Below are positions 9,816-16,393 of a stretch of DNA of 50,344 bases, one piece after another (within the stretch, counting starts at the first letter, position 1; every line of letters begins with the position of its first letter). Source of the DNA: a virus (Duplodnaviria > Caudoviricetes); IMG/VR virus record IMGVR_UViG_3300050331_000077, positions 1 through 50,344 of that record; one strand, given 5' to 3'. Under the pieces are notes generated by a model. It was not told the DNA's origin and ran no database searches. It worked only from the letters and a program-made list of their open reading frames with translations. A program made the translations under genes and the position numbers.

Positions 9816-10237
9816 GCCGCCACCTGATCGCGGTAGTGATCGGCCTCCGCCTCGCGGTCGAGCCGGTCGAGTTGCTGGCGGGCCTGCTCGGTGCACCACG
9901 CTTGCCAGTACGCATCAATCTTCGGGTGCAGCCACTCGCCGTAGGCCTTCTGCCCCTGTTCGTACGCGGCCCGCATCTCGGACTGCTCGGCGTCGTCGAG
10001 GCCCGCGAAGATCTCGCCGGTCGCCTCGTCGATGTCCTTGGCGCTCATCACCGGGCCGATCTCCCGGTCGTAGATCTCGGAGGCGAGGATCTGAATCGCC
10101 TCGTCACGCGTTTCGGTCGCGTCGCAGCGCTTCAGATAGGTGTGCAGCAGTCGCGCGCTGCTGCGCTCGAGCATGGCTTCGACGCTGTGGCGCGGGATGC
10201 CGAGATCGCGGCGGGGGATTCGGTGCGTGATCAACAT
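9812..10237 (-). CDS. Hypothetical acidic protein (141 aa)
   Basis: Start MLITHR with SD GGAGG. Confidence 0.65.
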   Translation of the reverse strand: MLITHRIPRRDLGIPRHSVEAMLERSSARLLHTYLKRCDATETRDEAIQILASEIYDREIGPVMSAKDIDEATGEIFAGLDDAEQSEMRAAYEQGQKAYGEWLHPKIDAYWQAWCTEQARQQLDRLDREAEADHYRDQVAA

Positions 10238-10239
10238 GA

Positions 10240-10445
10240 CAGCCTCCGTTTGTTGTTCGGGTTGTGTTCGTGAAACCACCCGGGTCGGCCCTCTCGCGAA
10301 GACCTCGCCGGCTGATTTCTCAGCGTCCATTTCCGCCGCGCGCCCGCCTTGGAAGTGGGGTTCGGGTCACCATCCGCCCCGGCGGTTTCCGGCGTTACCC
10401 GCGGTGCGCTGCGGGCTGGTGATGCGGAGATTCGTGTCGCGTCGA
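10240..10445 (-). ncRNA. Candidate structured RNA in the pL transcript
   Basis: ~200 nt gap without a convincing ORF; minus-strand hairpins GCUGA-GAAA-UCAGC (10311-10324), GGUCUUC-GCGA-GAGGGCC (10287-10304) and CCCGC-N8-GCGGG (10398-10415). Confidence 0.35.
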
Positions 10446-10448
10446 AGG

Positions 10449-10673
10449 TCAGGGCTTTCGCCGTTTGCGCTTCGTCAGGTTTGAGCCGATGTGCCATCCG
10501 CCGCAGAGCCGGCAGCGGTACGCGCTCATCCGGTCGCCGTTGGTGTGCGCGCTCCGCGAGGCGACGCGGCGCGCGAGGCGCGGATCGTCGAAGCGGTGTT
10601 TGCCTTCGCAGCCCGCTTGCTGCCGCTCAGTGCGGGTGGCCGGGGGACAGAGGGTGTAGGCGGTGTCGCTCAT
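10449..10673 (-). CDS. Small Zn-ribbon protein (74 aa)
   Basis: C.GK.RF...AYRCRLCGGWHIG motif. Confidence 0.7.
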   Translation of the reverse strand: MSDTAYTLCPPATRTERQQAGCEGKHRFDDPRLARRVASRSAHTNGDRMSAYRCRLCGGWHIGSNLTKRKRRKP

Positions 10674-10762
10674 TCGTCGTCGATCTCCATTCCGGCCAAG
10701 CGGCCCACCAGGACCAGCACGGCAACAAGGACGCTCATGACGAGGTCAGTAGCCGCTCGCAC
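10670..10762 (-). CDS. 30-aa single-TM peptide
   Basis: GTG start, (M)RAATDLVMSVLVAVLVLVGRLAGMEIDDE; fills the gap exactly, ATGA overlap downstream. Confidence 0.5.
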   Translation of the reverse strand: MRAATDLVMSVLVAVLVLVGRLAGMEIDDE

Positions 10763-10763
10763 G

Positions 10764-11063
10764 TCAGCGCGAGGAGACGTGGCCGACCGTGCCGCCGTCG
10801 ACCACGGCGCCGTTTCGGGTCAGCGCGCACGTGATCTCGCGGCTGATCGGGTCGGCGATGCTGTAGATCCCCGTGTCACCGGCATCCCGCGGCAGGCAGG
10901 TGACGACGCCGCGCAGGACCTCGGACTGAGCCGACGCGGCGCGGAGCACGCCGGCTGCGACCGACAGCACGCCGGTCGCCACGCAGATCGCGATCACGGT
11001 GGAAACAAGCACGCGGGCGCGGCGTCTCGCGCGGAGGGTTTCGAAGGTGAGGGAGTGGGGCAT
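10764..11063 (-). CDS. Hypothetical membrane-anchored protein (99 aa)
   Basis: SD GAGGAG; hydrophobic segment VLVSTVIAICVATGVLSVAAGVL. Confidence 0.6.
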   Translation of the reverse strand: MPHSLTFETLRARRRARVLVSTVIAICVATGVLSVAAGVLRAASAQSEVLRGVVTCLPRDAGDTGIYSIADPISREITCALTRNGAVVDGGTVGHVSSR

Positions 11064-11143
11064 AGCGGATCTCCTCGGAATAGCCGTTTATGCGATGCGC
11101 CTTACGCGCCCAACTTGCTAACGGAATAGGGGCGGCGACTCCT

Positions 11144-11152
11144 TGCTAGAAT
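11144..11152 (+). promoter_or_regulatory. Extended -10 promoter of the antisense cassette
   Basis: TG-C-TAGAAT about 50 nt upstream of the ATG at 11203. Confidence 0.55.
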
Positions 11153-11202
11153 CGGCCGTCCCGCACGGACATGCCGACCAACAACTTGAACAAGGAACCG
11201 CC

Positions 11203-11277
11203 ATGGAACTGGAGTTGAATCCGGACGATGTGAGAACCCAGGTGCCGCCGAAGGCACCGCCTCCGCCACCACGCTAG
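11203..11277 (+). CDS. 24-aa proline-rich peptide
   Basis: MELELNPDDVRTQVPPKAPPPPPR; SD AAGGA; stop TAG overlaps the SD (TAGGAG) of the next gene. Confidence 0.55.
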   Translation: MELELNPDDVRTQVPPKAPPPPPR

Positions 11278-11287
11278 GAGTTGCCCA

Positions 11288-11752
11288 ATGACGCGACACG
11301 ACACTCTGTTTTCCCTGCGCTACGCCGCGCGCGTGCTTGAACGACACGCGAGGCTGTGGCGCCGCATTGACGCAGCGGTCCGTCTGGCCGGCTTGCTGGC
11401 AGGCTCCAGCGCGTTCGCTGCGCTGATGGCCGAGAGCCGCGGCTTCACACTCGTGTTCGGTGTCGTGTTTGCGGTCCTGCAGGCGGTCGAATTCGCTCTG
11501 CGTCCCGCCGAGCAGGCTGCCCAATCGATCGCGCAGCGTCGTCCGTACGCAGCCCTCGCCGCACGTAGCGAGGCGATGGATGACGCAGGGCTCAAAGCGG
11601 CCTACCTGCAGCTGCACGCCGAGGACGACGTGATCGTCCCCGAGTCCATTCGTACGCTCGCCTACAACGATGTCGTGCTGGAGAAGGGCTGCGATCCGGC
11701 CCACCTCAACCCGCTCGATCGCTGGCAGCGCTTCGTCGCCTTCCTCGCCTGA
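11288..11752 (+). CDS. Two-TM SLATT-like membrane protein
   Basis: N-terminal helix, two hydrophobic helices (LAGLLAGSSAFAALM, FTLVFGVVFAVLQAVEF) and helical C-terminus; SD AGGAG. Confidence 0.7.
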   Translation: MTRHDTLFSLRYAARVLERHARLWRRIDAAVRLAGLLAGSSAFAALMAESRGFTLVFGVVFAVLQAVEFALRPAEQAAQSIAQRRPYAALAARSEAMDDAGLKAAYLQLHAEDDVIVPESIRTLAYNDVVLEKGCDPAHLNPLDRWQRFVAFLA

Positions 11753-11775
11753 CCACCCCAGGACGCCCACGACCA

Positions 11776-11800
11776 GGCCGCCGCGTGCGGCCGTTTTTTT
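11776..11800 (+). terminator. Intrinsic terminator of the antisense cassette
   Basis: GGCCGC-cgcgt-GCGGCC-g-TTTTTTT. Confidence 0.8.
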
Positions 11801-11888
11801 GGCCGGGCAGGAGAGCGGGTGAGCGGTGCAGGAGTCGGACATTTGCGGGACCTCGGTGAGTTGCGTGTGGGGGGCGTCGTTGGGTTGA

Positions 11889-11930
11889 ACTATACGCGTA
11901 CGTATAGCGGTGTCAATACGTAAACGCATA
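11889..11930 (-). promoter_or_regulatory. pL promoter with two repressor operators (OL)
   Basis: Minus strand TTGACA-16-TATAGT; operators TATACG-cgta-CGTATA (11891-11906) and AATACG-taaa-CGCATA (11915-11930), 24 bp apart. Confidence 0.8.
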
Positions 11931-11967
11931 ATCGGTGGCACAATCTCTCCACGCCCGCTCGACGGAC

Positions 11968-11993
11968 AAAAAAAGCCGCCCGGAGGCGGCTTT
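11968..11993 (-). terminator. Intrinsic terminator after the Cas2-like gene (possibly bidirectional)
   Basis: AAAAAAA-GCCGCC-cgga-GGCGGC-TTT. Confidence 0.85.
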
Positions 11994-12013
11994 GGTGGAA
12001 CAGGCGGGTGCGG

Positions 12014-12265
12014 CTACTTCAGGTCGTTCGGGGTGCCGAGTGTGTTGCGCGTGGCCCAATCGGTGACTTCGGCGACGACCAACCCGTCGTCCTGGTCGAT
12101 GAACTGGCGAAAGTGGTCGCGAAGCGCGGCGGCCGTCGTGTTGAAGCGCTTGAAGCACCAGAGGGATTCGAGAACCCGCTTTGCGTTGAATTTCGCGAGC
12201 TCGTCGTAGAGCGGCTGGTAGTTCCGTTGCTTGCGAAGATCGTAACTGAGGAAATACAAAGACAT
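12014..12265 (-). CDS. Solo Cas2/VapD-like ferredoxin-fold protein (83 aa)
   Basis: MSLYFLSYDLRKQRNY..LY..L......RVLES.W...LRD.....ID.DD.L.V, with the YD motif of the Cas2/VapD superfamily; SD GAGGT. Confidence 0.75.
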   Translation of the reverse strand: MSLYFLSYDLRKQRNYQPLYDELAKFNAKRVLESLWCFKRFNTTAAALRDHFRQFIDQDDGLVVAEVTDWATRNTLGTPNDLK

Positions 12266-12434
12266 GGACACCTCGTCGGAAATGCAGACGTACGTCATCG
12301 AAAAAGGGGCGACGATCAAAATCGACGGTCACCCCTACGTTGTGGAGGAGGACGTAAAGGTGGGCGGCACGATGCCACCGAGCACGCCGCCCCGCGAGGG
12401 ATTTTCGTGCCGCGATGAGAGCGGCGCCAACTAG
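12264..12434 (+). CDS. Putative small beta-rich protein (50-56 aa), head-to-head with the Cas2-like gene
   Basis: (MDTSSE)MQTYVIEKGATIKIDGHPYVVEEDVKVGG...; SD GAGGA upstream of ATG 12264, alternative ATG 12282. Confidence 0.35.
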   Translation: MDTSSEMQTYVIEKGATIKIDGHPYVVEEDVKVGGTMPPSTPPREGFSCRDESGAN

Positions 12435-12476
12435 CCGTAGGTGATAAGGGCGTGAGGGTGGTCACGTTCTCACGCG

Positions 12477-12500
12477 AAAAAGCTGCCTCGTGGGCGGCTT
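12477..12500 (-). terminator. Possible terminator
   Basis: AAAA-AGCTGCC-tcgtg-GGCGGCT-T, imperfect stem. Confidence 0.4.
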
Positions 12501-12594
12501 CGATTAGGAGATCGACGTGAAACTACGAATCGAGGTGGATCAGTTCATTTGTATTGAATGCATGGACCGATCAGACCATGCTCAAGGTTGCTGC

Positions 12595-13215
12595 CTACGT
12601 CGAACCTGTGAGTTTTCTCCAGTCGGCCCCATGGACCTGCGTGTTGATGTAGTCGACAAGGAAGTCGCGCTTGCTAGATCTGAAGGATGCGAGCGCTTGA
12701 CGCGCATCGTCGATGAGTTCGCTCGCGAAACGTAGCTCGTGCTCTTCGTACGAGATCTCCTCTTGCAGGTCGGAGCGTTCCGCCGGCTCCGTGCATCTTG
12801 CGAGCTCGCGCTGCAGTCGCCTCAGCTCCCCCTTATGTTCCGCGACCGCATCCTGCCACGAATCCCTTTCACAATCGAAATCGTCTTTTAGCGAGGCCTC
12901 GTGCTCTCGCATCGAATCGACTAGGTCTCGAACTGCACCCGAAAGCTCCATGCGATCAATGACGTCATCGTCGGAAAGATGGCCCACGCCGAGCATCCAT
13001 TGCTTGAATATTCTCTTCGCGTCAGATATCGACACTGGCGCATCGACCGGCTCAAGCATATCCTCCGTGAAAATTGGTGGTCGCACCTTCTTGCTCTGGT
13101 AGAACGCCACGATTGCCCCCATTTTCGTTGTCGATTTACAGCGGTAGTACTTAACCGCTCCATTCTGGGCTGCGTCCAGTAACTTTTCTGTGGGCCTCGA
13201 TAGGCCAATTGTCAT
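12595..13215 (-). CDS. Hypothetical acidic coiled-coil protein (start uncertain, 13215 or 13122)
   Basis: 206-aa ORF in a lower-GC segment with helical, protein-like composition. Confidence 0.65.
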   Translation of the reverse strand: MTIGLSRPTEKLLDAAQNGAVKYYRCKSTTKMGAIVAFYQSKKVRPPIFTEDMLEPVDAPVSISDAKRIFKQWMLGVGHLSDDDVIDRMELSGAVRDLVDSMREHEASLKDDFDCERDSWQDAVAEHKGELRRLQRELARCTEPAERSDLQEEISYEEHELRFASELIDDARQALASFRSSKRDFLVDYINTQVHGADWRKLTGST

Positions 13216-13305
13216 AGCTGCTGTAGTCGTATCGACCCGTGCAGGCCTATCCCTTTACCCACTACCGTATTCGCCCGAATCAGAGCGAAAATCCTTGGGG
13301 GTTAG

Positions 13306-13686
13306 ATGGCAATGACAGACGGCGACAGCGAAGGAGGCCTTGCCAAACGTAGGGCGGTCGCCGCCTTACTGCTTGCATCATTGGTTGCGGGGCTCGCTTT
13401 TGCCCCGCCGTGGTTCAAGCAGCGAGAGCTGTTCAATGCGGTAGGGGAGCGTCTCTATGATCCAGAGAGCGCGCGATTTCGGGATGTGCAGGCAGTGCGT
13501 TATGGATACTGCGGGGAGGTGAACGCGAGAAACAGGCTTGGCGGTTATGTCGGTTTCCGCAAATTCTGGGCAACGCCCCCGAGCGGGGTGGGAGATGGTT
13601 GGATCATCAGTATCGATGACGAGGAGGAGACTGAGGGGGTCGCGGCCCACATGTGCGCACGCTTGGCGGGGGAGAGCGATAAATGA
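13306..13686 (+). CDS. Membrane-anchored exported protein, DP.SA.F / CGEVNA.N..GGY.GF family
   Basis: TM AVAALLLASLVAGLAFA then LYDPESARFRDV...YCGEVNARNRLGGYVGFRKF. Confidence 0.75.
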   Translation: MAMTDGDSEGGLAKRRAVAALLLASLVAGLAFAPPWFKQRELFNAVGERLYDPESARFRDVQAVRYGYCGEVNARNRLGGYVGFRKFWATPPSGVGDGWIISIDDEEETEGVAAHMCARLAGESDK

Positions 13687-13795
13687 ACCTTCAGGCACAT
13701 GCTGAAGTGACCGACTTCCCCCACTCCCCGTGCCCCTCCCCGCATAACGCCCTCGGGAACCCGTCGACCGAAGGGCAGCGTGCTATGGTTCAGCT

Positions 13796-14068
13796 ATGGG
13801 CACCGTGACTTTCGACACTCAGGAATTCGTCAGCAAATTGCGAGCGGCCGGCCTCGATGAGAAGCAGGCCGATGCAGTGGTACGCGTGATCGCGGACGCG
13901 CAGTCGCATCTCGTGACGCGCGAACATTTCGACGCCAAGGCCGAGCTGTTCGAGACGAAGTTCGATGCCAAGTTCGCGGTTGTCGAAGCCAAGATGGAAA
14001 AGCTGTCTTGGATGCTCGGCGCCGTTCTTGCCGTCGCTATCGCCAACTTCGCGAAGCAGTTCTTCTGA
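13796..14068 (+). CDS. DUF1640 / CCDC90-like coiled-coil membrane protein
   Basis: MGTVTFDT.EFV.KL.AAG..EKQA.A motif, coiled coil, C-terminal TM; extended -10 TGCTATGGT ends 6 nt before the ATG. Confidence 0.85.
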   Translation: MGTVTFDTQEFVSKLRAAGLDEKQADAVVRVIADAQSHLVTREHFDAKAELFETKFDAKFAVVEAKMEKLSWMLGAVLAVAIANFAKQFF

Positions 14069-14077
14069 GCGACGGAT

Positions 14078-14203
14078 ATGCCGCTGGGACTCAATGAACT
14101 GCGCGCCGAGCTACGTCAGCTGGAGCGCCGCCTGATGATCGAGCTCGGCGTAATCGCGATCGTTGCCGTCGGCGCCGTGGTGGCTGCAGTGATGCTGCTG
14201 TAG
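14078..14203 (+). CDS. 41-aa ORF resembling a second DUF1640 C-terminal stalk + TM (possible remnant)
   Basis: MPLGLNELRAELRQLERRLMIELGVIAIVAVGAVVAAVMLL. Confidence 0.45.
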   Translation: MPLGLNELRAELRQLERRLMIELGVIAIVAVGAVVAAVMLL

Positions 14204-14284
14204 CGGCGCGCTCTCAGCACTCCGCTAGGCGCCGACCGCTCGCCGGTTGCCGCACGACTTACCCCCACCCCCTGTGCGCAGCCC

Positions 14285-14293
14285 TGTGGATAA
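14285..14293 (-). promoter_or_regulatory. Consensus DnaA box
   Basis: TGTGGATAA = TTATCCACA on the minus strand, in a noncoding gap. Confidence 0.35.
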
Positions 14294-14371
14294 CCTCTGA
14301 GGAACTCCCGATACCCGGCGCAGTTGCCGGGCTTCTGGTATCCGCCCAAGAAGCGGGCGGACGTAGGGGCG

Positions 14372-14400
14372 AAAAAAAGCCCGCGCGGGGCGGGCTCTTT
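14372..14400 (-). terminator. Intrinsic terminator of the TAC operon
   Basis: AAAAAAA-GCCCGC-gcggg-GCGGGC-TCTTT. Confidence 0.8.
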
Positions 14401-14412
14401 CGTAAGGTCGCG

Positions 14413-14832
14413 TTATTCAGTTGGTGCTGCCGATCGAAGGACAGAAAGTCCTAGCGATAGGGGGCCGTATGGTTGCCTCCCTGTGATCCACGAGACAGCT
14501 TCTCGGATTGCCCCGTAAAGAACGCTGTGTGCTGTGATTGTCACGCCTCGCAAGGCATCCTCCGCATTCAGAGTGTCATCCACAGTGAAGATGCCGACGC
14601 ACTCCATGTCGATCTTGTAGGGCGCGATAGGATCGTTTTCAGCGTTCATTACAGAGCGCATCGTCGCCATGTACAGCCCCGACCCGCCCTCGTCGAGAGG
14701 GGATATGTCCAAGTCGTTTGTTGGAGTCATCGTGATGATGCCTTCGCCGGCCTTGTGCTCCGGGATGGCGATCACCACAGAACGCGTAAAGAACACCCTA
14801 TCGAGGGAGATGGGATGAGAAGGCTGTTCCAT
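14413..14832 (-). CDS. SecB-like chaperone of a toxin-antitoxin-chaperone (TAC) operon
   Basis: PISLDRVFF..., PYKIDMECVGIF, SVLYGAIREAVSWITGRQPYGPL.L match the SecB-fold pattern; third gene after the TA pair; start MEQP. Confidence 0.85.
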   Translation of the reverse strand: MEQPSHPISLDRVFFTRSVVIAIPEHKAGEGIITMTPTNDLDISPLDEGGSGLYMATMRSVMNAENDPIAPYKIDMECVGIFTVDDTLNAEDALRGVTITAHSVLYGAIREAVSWITGRQPYGPLSLGLSVLRSAAPTE

Positions 14833-14836
14833 TCGT

Positions 14837-15247
14837 TCAGGCTGCACGAAGTTCGATATCACGCGCATATCCGCTGCTAAGGGATACAGCCGTGGCTGTG
14901 CGCATGCTCGGATGATTTGCCGCCTCCTTGGGCACGTCGCGCATGAGGAAAACCCAGGGACTTGCGTCGGCCTTCTCGTCGACTACTTCAATATTGATCC
15001 GCCCCCCGGTGGAGCGCGCGAGTTTGACCATTGATTCGATTGTCAGGTTGGCGTCGCCGCGGAATACCTTGCTGATGTACGGGGCGCTTGTGCCGATCTT
15101 CTTCGCGATCGCGGCGTACGTCATCCCGGTCTTGTGCCGCTGCTTCTCGAGTTCCTGGGAAAAGTCGAGCTTCGCGCGCTCGACCCAGTAAATGTCGTCC
15201 GCCTCTGCATGTTCGGCAAAGTCTGCAAGCGCCTTGCTAAGTTTCAT
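14837..15247 (-). CDS. higA: HigA-like HTH antitoxin with C-terminal chaperone-addiction-like tail
   Basis: XRE HTH GMTYAAIAKKIGTSAPYISKVFRGDANLTIESMVKLA; low-structure tail with W/F, ending in LRAA. Confidence 0.85.
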   Translation of the reverse strand: MKLSKALADFAEHAEADDIYWVERAKLDFSQELEKQRHKTGMTYAAIAKKIGTSAPYISKVFRGDANLTIESMVKLARSTGGRINIEVVDEKADASPWVFLMRDVPKEAANHPSMRTATAVSLSSGYARDIELRAA

Positions 15248-15650
15248 TGTCGATCACCTTGATGAGTGCGTTACTTTCCAACGCTTTGTAGTAGTCGTCC
15301 CTGCATTTGGCGGCTTTGTCGACGGCGAACTTGTTGGCCTTTTGGCCGGTCTTGCGGACGCCGGCAACGCAAACGGCAACTTGCCCGTTCTTGCCCCTGA
15401 AAAAGAACAGCCGAAGGGCGCCCTTGATGAACTCGTAGATCTGTCGCTCTTTGTCCGCTTCGTGAAACCAAGCTGAAGGCACGTTCTGAAGGCCTTCCGC
15501 GGCGACCTGTCGCAGCATGAGGGTCAGACCATAACGCGCTGCCTTGGTTGTGGCTTCGCCGTGTCGGAGGAACTGTTCTGCGGGACACTCATCCCCCTCT
15601 ATAACTGCGACGACCTCGAAGCGGCCGCACGCGAGTTGTTTGACCTTCAC
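15237..15650 (-). CDS. higB: HigB / RelE-superfamily toxin
   Basis: CPAEQFL..., IYEFIKGALRLFFF, basic RKTGQK; upstream of the HTH gene (toxin-first order). Confidence 0.8.
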   Translation of the reverse strand: MKVKQLACGRFEVVAVIEGDECPAEQFLRHGEATTKAARYGLTLMLRQVAAEGLQNVPSAWFHEADKERQIYEFIKGALRLFFFRGKNGQVAVCVAGVRKTGQKANKFAVDKAAKCRDDYYKALESNALIKVIDNET

Positions 15651-15679
15651 TATATTAACCTATAGGTTACGTTCGTCAA
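15651..15679 (-). promoter_or_regulatory. TAC promoter with palindromic operator
   Basis: Perfect 14-bp palindrome TAACCTATAGGTTA (15656-15669) between TTGACG and TAATAT on the minus strand. Confidence 0.7.
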
Positions 15680-15760
15680 TCTTGTTCGGGAATCCCATGA
15701 CCGAGCTCACGGCATCACGACTCTCTCTTGCGCTTCCGCCAGTCCCGCAGCACGGCCGCT

Positions 15761-16393
15761 TCATAATCTACAGAGGGCCTCGCACGGCACCCCGTCGCCG
15801 TCCCGGTCGAGCCGGCTCACCCCACACTGCGTCAGGTGAAGGCGCGCCTCCGCGCACGACGACATCTGGCCGCACGTCCGCTTGCTCCCGCACGTGAATT
15901 CCTCGCTTGCCGGCGTCGCTGTCGGCGACGTGTTGAACGAGGCTGGCACGACACCTGTTTGCTCGTTCGAGGCCGGGCTGCCACGCCGCCAGTCCGACGG
16001 CCGCACAGGGTGAGCATCCGCCCACAACCCGCGCCGCTTGTCCTGGGCCTCGCGCTGGAGGGTGAAGAGGTTCTGGTCGTGCGCGTATTGGTCATAGACC
16101 CATGCCATGCCGCGGCGCACTTGCTCGGCGTTCGCGTCGACGCCGGCACAGCTGACGCGCCCCACAGTTCTGCCGTAGCGGTCGCGGTCAGTGACGCGCA
16201 CCTCGGCGCGCTTCTCGTGGCAAAGCTCGCCGAGCGACTGTCTCGAACGCGTGCCGAAGGGCTGCTTCTTCTCCGGGGCGTCGATCTCGGCCAGGCGGAT
16301 TTTGACTTGACGCTTCTGGTCATCGAGGAGCGTCAGCGTGTCGCCGTCCGATATTGCGACGACAAGGCCAAGGAGGAGGGCCGCTGCACTCAC
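15761..16393 (-). CDS. Secreted thermonuclease (SNase) with C-terminal Excalibur Ca-binding domain
   Basis: ISDGDTL, IRLAEIDAPE, DRYGR, GMAWVY, RGLW; C-terminal C..MSSCAEA...LDRDGDGVPCE. Confidence 0.92.
   Translation of the reverse strand: MSAAALLLGLVVAISDGDTLTLLDDQKRQVKIRLAEIDAPEKKQPFGTRSRQSLGELCHEKRAEVRVTDRDRYGRTVGRVSCAGVDANAEQVRRGMAWVYDQYAHDQNLFTLQREAQDKRRGLWADAHPVRPSDWRRGSPASNEQTGVVPASFNTSPTATPASEEFTCGSKRTCGQMSSCAEARLHLTQCGVSRLDRDGDGVPCEALCRL

Noticed and set aside
10240-10445. Self-cleaving ribozyme
   Set aside because: No complete hammerhead (CUGANGA...GAAA) or twister core could be matched; kept only as a generic structured-RNA candidate
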